Source: Chitinophagales bacterium (GTDB lineage Bacteria > Bacteroidota > Bacteroidia > Chitinophagales > CAIOSU01). Taken from it: a stretch of 64,000 bases of DNA. Where the stretch lies: NCBI GenBank assembly GCA_040877935.1, contig JBBDNB010000043.1, positions 26,109 through 90,108 of the forward strand, written 5' to 3'. The notes under the pieces were generated by a model that had not been told where the DNA came from, did no database searches, and saw only the letters and a list, made by a program, of their open reading frames with translations. Of this stretch, positions 10,396 to 20,021 are shown one piece after another (positions within the stretch are counted from its first letter, which is position 1; each line of letters begins with the position of its first letter). Position numbers and translations under genes: made by a program.

Positions 10396-13300
10396 ATGAA
10401 GATCAATAAACTACTGGTAGCCAACAGAGGAGAAATTGCCATACGTGTTTTGCGCGCTGCATCTGAATTAAAGATCAGAACAGTGGCGATATATACTTAT
10501 GAAGACCGTTTTTCACTGCACCGCTACAAAGCAGATGAAGCCTATCAGGTAGGGCAGGACAATGAACCTTTGAAGCCCTATCTCGATATTGAAGAAATCA
10601 TTCACCTGGCGAAAAGAGAAGGGGTGGAGGCCATTCATCCCGGCTATGGTTTTTTGTCTGAAAATGTAAATTTTGCCAGGCGCTGTCGTGAAGAAGGCAT
10701 TGTGTTTATCGGCCCAGATCCTGAAATAATGGATCAGCTCGGAGATAAAGAAAAAGCCAAAAAGGTAGCTGTTTCTGCCGATGTACCCATTATTGAAAGT
10801 AGTGTTACCGTATTGAATGATGTAAAAGAGGCACTTAAAGAAGCAGAAAGAATTGGTTTCCCGCTGATCGTGAAAGCCAATGCAGGTGGTGGTGGAAGAG
10901 GAATGCGTGTAGTGCGCAATGCCACAGAACTGAAAAAAAGTTTTCCCGAAGCCAAATCAGAAGCAAAAAATGCCTTTGGCGATGACACGGTTTTTCTTGA
11001 GCGATTTATAGAAGATCCCAAACACCTTGAAGTACAAATTCTCGGTGATAAATACGGCAATGTGCTGCATCTTTATGAGCGTGATTGTTCGGTACAAAGG
11101 CGTTTTCAGAAAGTGGTGGAAATGGCACCTTCACAGGGTTTGAAACAAGTTACGCGCGATAAACTGTATGCTTATGCACTGCGAATTGCGCGTAAAGTAG
11201 GCTACAACAATGCCGGAACTGTCGAGTTCCTGGTCGATCCGGATGAGCATATTTATTTTATTGAAGTCAATCCCCGGATACAAGTAGAGCATACCGTTAC
11301 TGAAGAAGTAACAGGCGTGGATATTGTCAGAAGTCAAATATTGATTGCAGCAGGTCAGCGTCTTGATAGCCCAAGTATTTTTCTGCGCAATCAGAGCGAT
11401 ATCCAGTGCAAGGGTTTTGCCATTCAATGCCGCATTACTACAGAAGACCCCGAAAATGATTTCAAGCCGGATTACGGCACCCTGGTAGCTTATAGAAATG
11501 CCAGTGGCTTTGGTATTCGGCTTGATGAAGGAAGTTCTTATCGTGGCGTTACCATTTCTCCATTTTTTGATTCTATGCTGGCGAAAGTAACGGCCAACGG
11601 TCGTACTTTAAAAGGAGCCTGTCAGCGCATGCATCGTGCCTTAACAGAGTACAGGATTCGCGGTGTGAAAACCAATATCCCTTTTCTTGAGAAATTAGTA
11701 GAACATCCCGTTTTTCAGGAAGGAAATGCAAGAGTGAATTTTATAACAAAGCACCCAGAGCTTTTGAAGTATGAAGCCAAGCAGGACAGGGGCACTAAAA
11801 TGCTCCGTTACCTGGCACATATTACTGTCAATGGCAATTCAGATGTGCGCTTTGTTGATCCCTCTAAAAAATTAAAAACACCTGAAATCCCCATTTTTGA
11901 TAAATTCTCAGATCATCCAAAAGGGACAAAACAACTCCTGGATAAAAAAGGGCCGGAAGCATTTGCCAAATGGCTAAAAAAGGAGAAAACTGTAAAATTT
12001 ACCGATACTACTTTCAGGGATGCACATCAGTCGCTTTTGGCTACAAGGGTGCGCAGCCGTGATATGCTTTCGGTAGCAGAGGGTTTTTCCAAGCATTTTC
12101 CTCAGTTGTTTTCTATGGAAGTTTGGGGAGGTGCCACCTTTGATGTTTCCATGCGTTTTTTAAAAGAATCTCCCTGGGAGCGTCTGGCACAATTGAGGGA
12201 ATCCATGCCCAATGTGTTGTTGCAAATGCTCTTGCGCGGCTCCAATGCAGTGGGTTATACTGCATATCCCGATAATCTGGTAGAAAAATTTATTGAAAAA
12301 TCTGCTGAAACGGGTATTGATGTGTTCAGGATTTTTGATTCCCTCAACTGGCTGGAGAATATGAAAGTGAGTATCAATACAGTGCGGGAGCGTACCAACT
12401 CCATCGCTGAAGTATCGATTTGCTATACTGGCGATATCCTGGACAAATCGCAGAAGAAATATGATTTGAATTACTATGCTGATCTCTCAAAACGCATTGA
12501 AGATGCCGGAGCACATATTTTGGCTATAAAAGACATGGCGGGTTTGCTAAAACCTTATTCTGCTGAAATATTGATCAGTAAATTGAAAAAAGAAACTGAT
12601 TTGCCAATTCATTTACACACGCACGATACCAGTGCTGCTCAATTGGCCACCTACATGAAGGCCATTGAAGCAGGTGTGGATGTGGTAGATGTTGCTTTGG
12701 CATCCATGTCGGGGCTTACTTCCCAGCCCAATTTCAATACCTTACTGGAAATACTCAAAAATTCTGATCGATATGAACCCTACAATATTGATTTACTCAA
12801 TCAATACTCGCATTACTGGGAAGATGTGCGGGAATATTATTATCCCTTTGAATCGGGTTTAAAAGCAGGAACTGCTGAGATTTATCAGCATGAAATCCCG
12901 GGAGGACAATATTCCAATCTCAAGCCACAAGCCGAATCCCTCGGGCTGGATGATAGAATGCAGGAAATCAAACAAGCCTATATTGATGTAAATGAGCTCT
13001 TTGGTGATATTGTAAAAGTGACCCCTTCTTCAAAAGTTGTAGGTGACCTGGCTTTGTTTATGGTGTCCAATAATTTGAGTAAAAACGATATTTTGGAAAA
13101 AGGCGATTCTATTGCTTTTCCGGATTCCGTAAAAGCTTTTTTCAGAGGGGAATTGGGACAGCCTCATGGTGGGTTTCCAAAAGAATTGCAAAAAATAGTG
13201 CTTAAAGGTGAAAAGCCTTATAAAGGTCGTGCCAACGAACATCTTAAACCCATTGATTTTAAGCAAGAATTGAAAGAATTTCAGAAAGCTTTTCCCGAAG

Positions 13301-13839
13301 CCTCACCTACAGAGCTCGATTTTCTTTCTTTCAAGCTTTATCCAAAGGTTTATAAAGATTATTACAATCACAGAGAAGAATACGGGGATGTAAGTGTTAT
13401 ACCTACACCTTTGTTTTTCTACGGAATGACAGAAGTTCAGAAAGAGGCCATGATCACCATTGGGCGGGGAAAAAACATCCTGGTAGAACTGGTGCATGTA
13501 GGCGTTGCTGATGAGGATGGAATGCGCCTGGTGACATTCAAGCTCAATGGACAATCACGTGCAGTTATGGTACGTGATGAATCTGTAAAAGTGGATAAAG
13601 TAGCACATGTAAAAGCTGAAGGTGAAAATGAGATTGGAGCACCGCTGCAGGGTTTGTTGACCAAGGTGCTGGTAAAAGCCGGTGACAAGATCAAAAAGAA
13701 CACACCGCTTTTTGTAATTGAAGCTATGAAAATGGAATCTACCATTACGGCCAACAGCGGTGGGGTAGTGGAAGATGTTGTTTTAAAAGCCGGGGAAATG
13801 GTTTATTCCAATGATTTGGTGATCAGGATGAAGAAGTGA
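10396..13839 (+). CDS. pyc: pyruvate carboxylase (biotin carboxylase + carboxyltransferase + biotinyl domains)
   Basis: 1147 aa. N-terminal biotin carboxylase (KLLVANRGEIAIRVLRA, ATP-grasp GGGGRGMRVV), central HMGL-like carboxyltransferase (FRDAHQSLLATR, HLHTHDTS) and a C-terminal biotin attachment motif EAMKME. Confidence 0.95.
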   Translation: MKINKLLVANRGEIAIRVLRAASELKIRTVAIYTYEDRFSLHRYKADEAYQVGQDNEPLKPYLDIEEIIHLAKREGVEAIHPGYGFLSENVNFARRCREEGIVFIGPDPEIMDQLGDKEKAKKVAVSADVPIIESSVTVLNDVKEALKEAERIGFPLIVKANAGGGGRGMRVVRNATELKKSFPEAKSEAKNAFGDDTVFLERFIEDPKHLEVQILGDKYGNVLHLYERDCSVQRRFQKVVEMAPSQGLKQVTRDKLYAYALRIARKVGYNNAGTVEFLVDPDEHIYFIEVNPRIQVEHTVTEEVTGVDIVRSQILIAAGQRLDSPSIFLRNQSDIQCKGFAIQCRITTEDPENDFKPDYGTLVAYRNASGFGIRLDEGSSYRGVTISPFFDSMLAKVTANGRTLKGACQRMHRALTEYRIRGVKTNIPFLEKLVEHPVFQEGNARVNFITKHPELLKYEAKQDRGTKMLRYLAHITVNGNSDVRFVDPSKKLKTPEIPIFDKFSDHPKGTKQLLDKKGPEAFAKWLKKEKTVKFTDTTFRDAHQSLLATRVRSRDMLSVAEGFSKHFPQLFSMEVWGGATFDVSMRFLKESPWERLAQLRESMPNVLLQMLLRGSNAVGYTAYPDNLVEKFIEKSAETGIDVFRIFDSLNWLENMKVSINTVRERTNSIAEVSICYTGDILDKSQKKYDLNYYADLSKRIEDAGAHILAIKDMAGLLKPYSAEILISKLKKETDLPIHLHTHDTSAAQLATYMKAIEAGVDVVDVALASMSGLTSQPNFNTLLEILKNSDRYEPYNIDLLNQYSHYWEDVREYYYPFESGLKAGTAEIYQHEIPGGQYSNLKPQAESLGLDDRMQEIKQAYIDVNELFGDIVKVTPSSKVVGDLALFMVSNNLSKNDILEKGDSIAFPDSVKAFFRGELGQPHGGFPKELQKIVLKGEKPYKGRANEHLKPIDFKQELKEFQKAFPEASPTELDFLSFKLYPKVYKDYYNHREEYGDVSVIPTPLFFYGMTEVQKEAMITIGRGKNILVELVHVGVADEDGMRLVTFKLNGQSRAVMVRDESVKVDKVAHVKAEGENEIGAPLQGLLTKVLVKAGDKIKKNTPLFVIEAMKMESTITANSGGVVEDVVLKAGEMVYSNDLVIRMKK

Positions 13840-13842
13840 GTC

Positions 13843-13961
13843 GGGATTTTGAAGAATAGTTCGTAGCAAGGGTGCTACGAACAGTTGTCAAAGCAGTATT
13901 TCGTAGCAGGAATAGCTGCCAGCTGTCAAATCAACCTATCCGTAGCGCCTCGCTACGGATT
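13843..13961. repeat. REP-like hairpin cluster (left flank of RAYT gene)
   Basis: Hairpin A is TTCGTAGCA-AGGG-TGCTACGAA (13860-13881). Hairpin B is CCGTAGCG-CCT-CGCTACGG (13940-13958). A GTAGCA half-site lies between them. Blocks 13843-13884 and 13921-13961 are repeated exactly at 14614-14655 and 14719-14759. Confidence 0.85.
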
Positions 13962-13980
13962 ACAATGCTAATGAAACAAA

Positions 13981-14532
13981 TTAAATAAAATCAATTTTAA
14001 TTAAACTTGGTAAGCCTGCATAAGCTCCGGCACTACTATAGATATAATCTTCTGCATTAGCTACAATTCCTGCTTTCACAGGGTTTTGGTGAATGTAATC
14101 CAGTCGCTGCTTTAATTTGATATTGTCATCCAATAGAATAGGATGGCTATCGTGTGTCCATAGTTGAAATGAATCGTTTCTTTTATGTTTGCTTGCTGCT
14201 CTTTTCATCATCCATAGTATCCATTCTTTACGACTCTCATTGCTCTGTTCGATTTCATCCTTAATTTTCTTACTGGAAAGGGATTTGATTCTGCCAATAA
14301 TGCTACTCAAATCATTTTTTGATTGAGAAGCAGAAAGGATCAGGTGGATGTGATTGCTCATAATCACATATGCATGTACTTTCAAACCTTGATTTTCCTG
14401 ATAAAAGCGCAAGAGGTCTAAAAAGATATCTCTATATGTTTGTCGGGTGAACACATCAATCCAGTAAACAACTTGAAAAGTAACAAAATAACAAGCTTTC
14501 TGATCACGTATTTTATATCCACCTTTTGACAT
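13981..14532 (-). CDS. REP-associated tyrosine transposase (RAYT; IS200/IS605 TnpA-like HUH Y1 enzyme)
   Basis: 183 aa with the HUH motif in VIMSNHIHLILS and the catalytic-Tyr helix in LDYIHQNPVKAG. It is flanked on both sides by GTAG-containing hairpins. Confidence 0.85.
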   Translation of the reverse strand: MSKGGYKIRDQKACYFVTFQVVYWIDVFTRQTYRDIFLDLLRFYQENQGLKVHAYVIMSNHIHLILSASQSKNDLSSIIGRIKSLSSKKIKDEIEQSNESRKEWILWMMKRAASKHKRNDSFQLWTHDSHPILLDDNIKLKQRLDYIHQNPVKAGIVANAEDYIYSSAGAYAGLPSLIKIDFI

Positions 14533-14585
14533 ATCGTGAATTTATTAAAAATATATTAAAATGTCGAGTTTTTTGTTTGTAGTTC

Positions 14586-14760
14586 GGTACTACGAACAGT
14601 TGGGAAGTGAATTGGGATTTTGAAGAATAGTTCGTAGCAAGGGTGCTACGAACAGGATTTGATGAAGGTGCTACGAATCAGTTGCCAAAACATTAGTTCG
14701 TTGCGGGAATAGCTACACAGCTGTCAAATCAACCTATCCGTAGCGCCTCGCTACGGATTT
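14586..14760. repeat. REP-like hairpin cluster (right flank of RAYT gene)
   Basis: Copies of hairpin A (14631-14652) and hairpin B (14738-14756) plus CTACGAA half-sites at about 14591 and 14671. Order and orientation match the left cluster. Confidence 0.85.
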
Positions 14761-14773
14761 GCTTACTTGAATG

Positions 14774-14950
14774 CTACTTGCTGCTTTCCTCTATTTTCTG
14801 CTCAAGTTTTTCCAGCCGTTTGCTGATATTTTCCAGTCTTTGCAGAATAAGGATATGTGTTTTTTTGGCATCAATTCCGACAGGGCTGGTATCGCTGTGA
14901 ATGGCTTTTTCAATGTATTCGTAAGTGCTTTTGTCGATTTCGAAATTCAT
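14774..14950 (-). CDS. small hypothetical coiled-coil protein (58 aa, below ORF-track cutoff)
   Basis: Hand translation gives MNFEIDKSTYEYIEKAIHSDTSPVGIDAKKTHILILQRLENISKRLEKLEQKIEESSK. The ATG lies 13 nt after the stop of the upstream PspC-like gene on the same strand. Confidence 0.45.
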   Translation of the reverse strand: MNFEIDKSTYEYIEKAIHSDTSPVGIDAKKTHILILQRLENISKRLEKLEQKIEESSK

Positions 14951-14963
14951 AAGACACAGGTTT

Positions 14964-15128
14964 TTAGTAGTGAGAAGGCTTTATAAGCGCAAGGATAAGG
15001 TAGATCAATACCGGAGAGCCTACTCCCATAATGGCTGCTATAACAAATACAATGCGCAGGATACTCACATCTATTTCAAATTTGTCAGCCAGCCATGCGC
15101 AGACTCCAAGAATTTTTCTTTCAGTCAT
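14964..15128 (-). CDS. PspC-domain small membrane protein (54 aa, below ORF-track cutoff)
   Basis: Hand translation gives MTERKILGVCAWLADKFEIDVSILRIVFVIAAIMGVGSPVLIYLILALIKPSHY. This fits the PspC pattern (xGVCxxLAxxFxIDxxxxRxxFV...G..illY) and is paralogous to the next gene. Confidence 0.7.
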   Translation of the reverse strand: MTERKILGVCAWLADKFEIDVSILRIVFVIAAIMGVGSPVLIYLILALIKPSHY

Positions 15129-15169
15129 AATTTTGTGTTTTTAGCAAAGCAATTGATGTATAGAGCAAA

Positions 15170-15388
15170 TCAGATATCCCAAACCGGATTTCTCTGTCCT
15201 TTAATATAATTGCGCAACTTGAGCAGAAAAGCCATTGAAAGGTAAATGATGATTGGAGAGCCGACAGCTACAAAACTCGAGTAAATAAAAAACAAACGGA
15301 TTTTGCTCGAAGGCATATCCAGCTTTTCACCAAGATAAGTACAGACTCCGTAAAAACGCAATTGTAGGTAACTTTTAAGATCTGTCAT
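15170..15388 (-). CDS. PspC-domain small membrane protein
   Basis: 72 aa. RFYGVCTYLGEKLDMPSSKIRLFFIYSSFVAVGSPIIIYLSMAFLL matches the PspC domain. Confidence 0.7.
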   Translation of the reverse strand: MTDLKSYLQLRFYGVCTYLGEKLDMPSSKIRLFFIYSSFVAVGSPIIIYLSMAFLLKLRNYIKGQRNPVWDI

Positions 15389-15415
15389 TTCTGAAAAATT
15401 ATTCAGCCAAATATA

Positions 15416-16690
15416 TTAAGAATTGAAGAGTTTTGCACCAATTCTACATTTTAGACAAAGTATTTTGTCGCAGTATTCCTTTTTAAGCCCAATCAAAGCT
15501 TGACTTTCCAGCGCATTTTCAGCTTTATATCCCAAGCTTTCCCAGCGCTTTACTATTGAATTGTTCTCTGCGGGAATCTGCTCCAATAAATTTAACGCCC
15601 ACTCTTTAATCTCTAAATTATCATTTTTCTTTCCATAATAAAAAACAAGCGGCACAATTGCATTGATAATTAACAAGTTCAGAAATGAAGGACTCAGCAT
15701 TTTCTCCCTTTTTACTTTTGATGCTGTATCAATACGATAGTGATTGTCCCAATAGGAGGAGGCTTTAATTTTTGTGTGTTTGCTGAAATCAATTGCATTT
15801 TTAAGCGCTAAGAATTTGGAGAAAAGCTGTGGAAATTGATGAATGAAATGTGCCATTTGCACAATTTTTAAGTCGGGAAAGTTTGCGGGGCGCAATTTGG
15901 AGTAATTCCAGGCTTCGCGTTTCATTGCCTTTAGATTGTATTTTTTCTTTAAAAAGCGATATTCCTCAATCAGTTTTTGCACATAGGAATCATTGGCTGC
16001 TTTTGGTAACAAGTTTGCCTGTCCTAAAAGGAGTGCCTCAAGCTGGAACATATTGCCTGCATGTTTGATTAGGATTTTGTACGGAATGGATTGCATCAAT
16101 TGCTCAAAGGCAAATTTATTGGCTCGCGAACCAAAACTTCTGGCAAGCATAGCATAAGCTGTGGCTTCCCAGTCGGATTTGCTTTTTTTGAAAATTTCAG
16201 AAATTTCAGCGCAACGCTTTTCCATTCTCTCCATACAAAGTGCAAAGCCATAAAATGGCATTTGACTTTTTAAAATCTCAGGGGTGATCATTCTGGCACA
16301 AGGTATCCAATGCTTGTTTTGCTGCAATTTTTTGTATTTATCGAGCAGACTAGGCTGAACTATTCCATTGAGTACGAGTGTAGGCACATGCGCATTGAGT
16401 TCCGGAATTTCAGTATCCATGAAATAACAGACATGCAGAATAATATTCTTATATTTTGGATCTTTCTGGTGCCCGTGTTTTTGCCAGTCGGATTGATGCA
16501 CATGGATTTCCACATTGCCCGCCCAAAGCGTGTCATCTATTTTAATTCTGGCATTTAAAAAATCAGGCCCGGCATCGCCATTGTGTTGCCCAGAGTTGAG
16601 TACTTGAATTTGCTTCCCGTCAAAACTTTCGAGCTCATTTTGCTTAAAGTTCTGAAACTGCCATATAAAATGTAAAAGCTCCTCTTTCAT
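15416..16690 (-). CDS. DUF2851-family protein
   Basis: The likely start is the MKEELLHFIWQFQNF ATG at 16690 (track ORF extends to 16789). This N-terminus and the length are typical of the Bacteroidota DUF2851 family as I recall it. Confidence 0.6.
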   Translation of the reverse strand: MKEELLHFIWQFQNFKQNELESFDGKQIQVLNSGQHNGDAGPDFLNARIKIDDTLWAGNVEIHVHQSDWQKHGHQKDPKYKNIILHVCYFMDTEIPELNAHVPTLVLNGIVQPSLLDKYKKLQQNKHWIPCARMITPEILKSQMPFYGFALCMERMEKRCAEISEIFKKSKSDWEATAYAMLARSFGSRANKFAFEQLMQSIPYKILIKHAGNMFQLEALLLGQANLLPKAANDSYVQKLIEEYRFLKKKYNLKAMKREAWNYSKLRPANFPDLKIVQMAHFIHQFPQLFSKFLALKNAIDFSKHTKIKASSYWDNHYRIDTASKVKREKMLSPSFLNLLIINAIVPLVFYYGKKNDNLEIKEWALNLLEQIPAENNSIVKRWESLGYKAENALESQALIGLKKEYCDKILCLKCRIGAKLFNS

Positions 16691-16800
16691 TTTTTTGAAT
16701 ATATGAAAAATGCAGGAAAGTAAAGCAGGAAAATCATTCTTCATTCTACAAATACCAGATAGACTGAAATATGTAACTTTGAACAACAAAACATTTCAGT

Positions 16801-18003
16801 ATGAGCCAAAATGAAAATAAATCACACAAAAGCGACCTTTACCAACACCACGATTATTACAATGTAGATGATTTACTCAGTGATGAGCACAAGCTGGTGC
16901 GCGAATCGGTACGCAATTTTGTAAAGAAAGAGATCAGCCCGATCATTGACGATTATGCGCAAAAATCTGAATTTCCCAAACAACTGATCAAAGGGCTGGG
17001 TGAGATTGGCGCTTTTGGTCCGAATATCCCAACGGAATACGGAGGGGGAGGCATGGACGAAATCTCCTATGGCCTGATTATGCAGGAAATTGAACGGGGT
17101 GATTCGGGCATTCGTTCTACCGCATCTGTGCAGGGCTCGCTTGTAATGTATCCTATTTACAAATTTGCTTCAGAAGAAATCAAAAAGAAGTTTTTACCCA
17201 AGTTGGCCACAGGCGAAATGATGGGTTGTTTCGGCCTGACCGAGCCCAATCACGGCTCCAACCCTGGCGGAATGGAAACTACCATCAAAGATGACGGAGA
17301 CCATGTGCTGCTCAATGGTGCCAAAATGTGGATCAGCAATGCCACCTTTGCCGATATTGCAGTGGTTTGGGCAAAAGATGAAAGTGGCAAAATCCGAGGG
17401 TTGGTTGTGGAGAGAGGTATGGAAGGTTTTTCTACACCTGAGATCAAGCAAAAATGGTCGTTGCGCGCCAGTGCTACGGGCGAATTGGTCTTTAATAATG
17501 TAAAAGTGCCAAAGTCCAATCTTTTTCCAGAAATACGAGGACTGAAAGGTCCGTTAACTTGTTTGTCTTCTGCACGCTATGGCATCTCCTGGGGTGCCAT
17601 TGGAGTCGCATTGGATTGCTATGATACGGCTTTGCGCTATGCCAAAGAACGCTATCAGTTCGACAAACCCATTGCAGCTTTTCAACTGACACAAAAAAAA
17701 CTGGCAGAAATGATCACCGAAATTACCAAGATGCAATTGCTGGCCTGGCGCTTGGGTACATTGAAAAACGAAGGCAAGGCAACACCCGCACAAATATCCA
17801 TGGCCAAGCGCAACAATGTGGAGTTTGCATTGAAAATCGCTCGTGAATCGCGTCAGATTCTTGGAGCTATGGGCATTTCAGGTGAATATTCAATTATGCG
17901 CCATATGATGAACCTGGAATCGGTCATTACTTATGAGGGCACACACGACATCCATTTGCTCATCACCGGGCAGGATGTGACGGGGATAAATGCATTTGCC
18001 TAA
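16801..18003 (+). CDS. gcdH: glutaryl-CoA dehydrogenase (acyl-CoA dehydrogenase family)
   Basis: It aligns by eye along its length to GCDH: GCFGLTEPNHGSNPGGMETT, KWSLRASATGELVF, ARYGISWGAIG, YEGTHDIHLLITGQDVTGINAF. Confidence 0.9.
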   Translation: MSQNENKSHKSDLYQHHDYYNVDDLLSDEHKLVRESVRNFVKKEISPIIDDYAQKSEFPKQLIKGLGEIGAFGPNIPTEYGGGGMDEISYGLIMQEIERGDSGIRSTASVQGSLVMYPIYKFASEEIKKKFLPKLATGEMMGCFGLTEPNHGSNPGGMETTIKDDGDHVLLNGAKMWISNATFADIAVVWAKDESGKIRGLVVERGMEGFSTPEIKQKWSLRASATGELVFNNVKVPKSNLFPEIRGLKGPLTCLSSARYGISWGAIGVALDCYDTALRYAKERYQFDKPIAAFQLTQKKLAEMITEITKMQLLAWRLGTLKNEGKATPAQISMAKRNNVEFALKIARESRQILGAMGISGEYSIMRHMMNLESVITYEGTHDIHLLITGQDVTGINAFA

Positions 18004-18011
18004 GCAGGATT

Positions 18012-18263
18012 TTATTCAGCTTCCGGTTTTTTTAACCTGGATTTAATGCTGTTGTATTCCTCCGCTTCTATGGCTACAAAGTGGGCGGGTTCCGCTTCTA
18101 TCAATTGTTCGATATACAGACGGTCGAAATAATTATTGGCATGAAAATCATTGGTTTCCCATTGATCACCGGGAAGGCTTTTCAATTCAGTAAATGAGTT
18201 TTCATCATTGATTTGAAAATAACTCTTTTCATTGCTGTATTTTCGGAAAAGTGGAAATTTCAT
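18012..18263 (-). CDS. hypothetical protein (83 aa)
   Basis: ORF convergent with gcdH. No recognisable motif. Confidence 0.4.
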   Translation of the reverse strand: MKFPLFRKYSNEKSYFQINDENSFTELKSLPGDQWETNDFHANNYFDRLYIEQLIEAEPAHFVAIEAEEYNSIKSRLKKPEAE

Positions 18264-18372
18264 TTCAGCGGATTTTCATTTTTTGCAAAGAAATAAAAAA
18301 TGTGGCTCTTTGGAGACCAATAGATAAAACCCAGATCGGTATATTTACATTTTGATTCAATAAAATCCAAGA

Positions 18373-19026
18373 ATGCTCGAAGCAAGGGATATCCATAAAA
18401 AATACGGGGAACTGGAAGTGCTGAAAGGTGTAAGCCTGAAAGTGGAAAAATCTGAAATTGTAAGTATAGTGGGAGCTTCGGGTGCCGGGAAAAGTACGCT
18501 TTTGCAAATCATCGGTACGCTGGACAAGCCCGACAGCGGCAGCATTAAAATTGACAATACAGCAATAGACAGCCTGAATGAAAAGCAATTGGCCAAATTC
18601 AGAAATGAGAAGATCGGTTTTGTTTTTCAGTTTCACCATTTGTTACCTGAATTCACTGCGCTGGAAAATATTCTGATTCCAGCTTATTTGGGCAAAGCAA
18701 ATATTTCCAATCCGGAAAAGCGCGCAAAGGAATTGCTGGATTTGCTGGGTTTAAAGAATCGAATGGAACACAAGCCCAATGCCCTGAGCGGGGGAGAGCA
18801 GCAAAGAGTAGCTGTTGCCCGCGCATTGATGAACAAGCCTGCACTCGTGTTGGCTGATGAACCTTCAGGCAATCTGGATTCCAATAATTCAAAGGAACTG
18901 CACGAATTGTTTTTCCGCCTGAGAGATGAATTGGAGCAGACATTTATATTGGTCACCCACAATAAAGACCTGGCAAATATGGCCGACCGCAAACTGGAAA
19001 TGCAGGATGGGTTGATTCTAAGCTAG
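18373..19026 (+). CDS. lolD: lipoprotein-releasing/MacB-type ABC transporter ATP-binding protein
   Basis: Walker A GASGAGKST, signature LSGGEQQRVAVARA, Walker B LVLADEPSGNLD. The 217-aa size is LolD-like. Confidence 0.8.
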   Translation: MLEARDIHKKYGELEVLKGVSLKVEKSEIVSIVGASGAGKSTLLQIIGTLDKPDSGSIKIDNTAIDSLNEKQLAKFRNEKIGFVFQFHHLLPEFTALENILIPAYLGKANISNPEKRAKELLDLLGLKNRMEHKPNALSGGEQQRVAVARALMNKPALVLADEPSGNLDSNNSKELHELFFRLRDELEQTFILVTHNKDLANMADRKLEMQDGLILS

Positions 19027-19111
19027 AGCCAATGCTCAGGTGACGCGAGCTTCAACTGAGATTATATCTTGGATTTATTGGCAAAACTCAGGCTTTGAAA
19101 ATGTTTTATCG

Positions 19112-19999
19112 CTACCTGTATCGCGATAAAATAAATGCAAGTGCACTTCCCGAAATACCATGCCAAACGCCCCACCAGGCGGCAATTAAGGCCATATCCG
19201 CTGCGCCATTGAAAAAGGAAAAAATTATGACCAGACCCAGTGCCGAGTTTTGGATGCCTGTTTCGATCACAATGGTTTTCTTATCGGCAAGCGGTACTTT
19301 CAGGATAAAACCAACTAAAAAACCCACTGTGTAGGCCAGGGCATTATGCATGAGAACGAGCAAAAATATTTCGCTGAAATGTGCCGTAAACACATCAAAG
19401 TTTTGAGCTATTGCAATGACAATAAAGCCTACAAAAATGATCATGGATAAAATACGCACAGGTTTTTTAATCAAGAGCGCTTTGCTTGGAAACTTAAAGT
19501 TAAAAGCCATTCCCAACATAATCGGCACTGCCATGATCAGGAAAATCGTTTCAGCCAACTTGAGGGGATCTAGGGTGAAATATTCTGTATCTAAATTGTC
19601 AAACAGCAACTGTGACCAAAATGTAAAGTTAATTGGTGTAAGAACTGCTGCCGATGCAGTTGCCAGGGCAGTCATACTCACCGACAAAGCTGTATTGGCC
19701 TTTGCCAGATGACTGATAAAATTGGAAATATTACCTCCAGGGCAGGCAGCTACCAATATCATTCCCAGGGCATAACCGGTAGGAATTTCAAACAACCAAA
19801 TTAAAAGCGCAGTGACTGCAGGTAAGAACAAAAACTGGGAAACAAAGCCAGCAATTGCAGATCGGGGACTAGTGAGCACAAGCTTAAAATCAGAACCCTT
19901 TAAATCCAGTGCTATTCCAAAAAGTATAAAGCCTATGCAGATATTGAGCAATAAAAGACTCTCTTCATTGAATTGAATATTCCCGGAAAGTTTTTCCAA
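19112..19999 (-). CDS. bile acid:sodium symporter (BASS) family transporter
   Basis: 295-aa polytopic protein with CPGGNISNFISHLAKANTALSVSMTA and GIQNSALG motifs characteristic of the BASS/SBF fold. Confidence 0.7.
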   Translation of the reverse strand: MEKLSGNIQFNEESLLLLNICIGFILFGIALDLKGSDFKLVLTSPRSAIAGFVSQFLFLPAVTALLIWLFEIPTGYALGMILVAACPGGNISNFISHLAKANTALSVSMTALATASAAVLTPINFTFWSQLLFDNLDTEYFTLDPLKLAETIFLIMAVPIMLGMAFNFKFPSKALLIKKPVRILSMIIFVGFIVIAIAQNFDVFTAHFSEIFLLVLMHNALAYTVGFLVGFILKVPLADKKTIVIETGIQNSALGLVIIFSFFNGAADMALIAAWWGVWHGISGSALAFILSRYR

Positions 20000-20021
20000 A
20001 ATTAAGTGCTTTGGGGGATGT

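Noticed and set aside
14771-15209. Plus-strand ORFs 14771-14986 (71 aa) and 14925-15209 (94 aa).
   Set aside because: They are antisense to three minus-strand mini-genes, two of which have clear PspC-domain sequence. The + strand translations are featureless.
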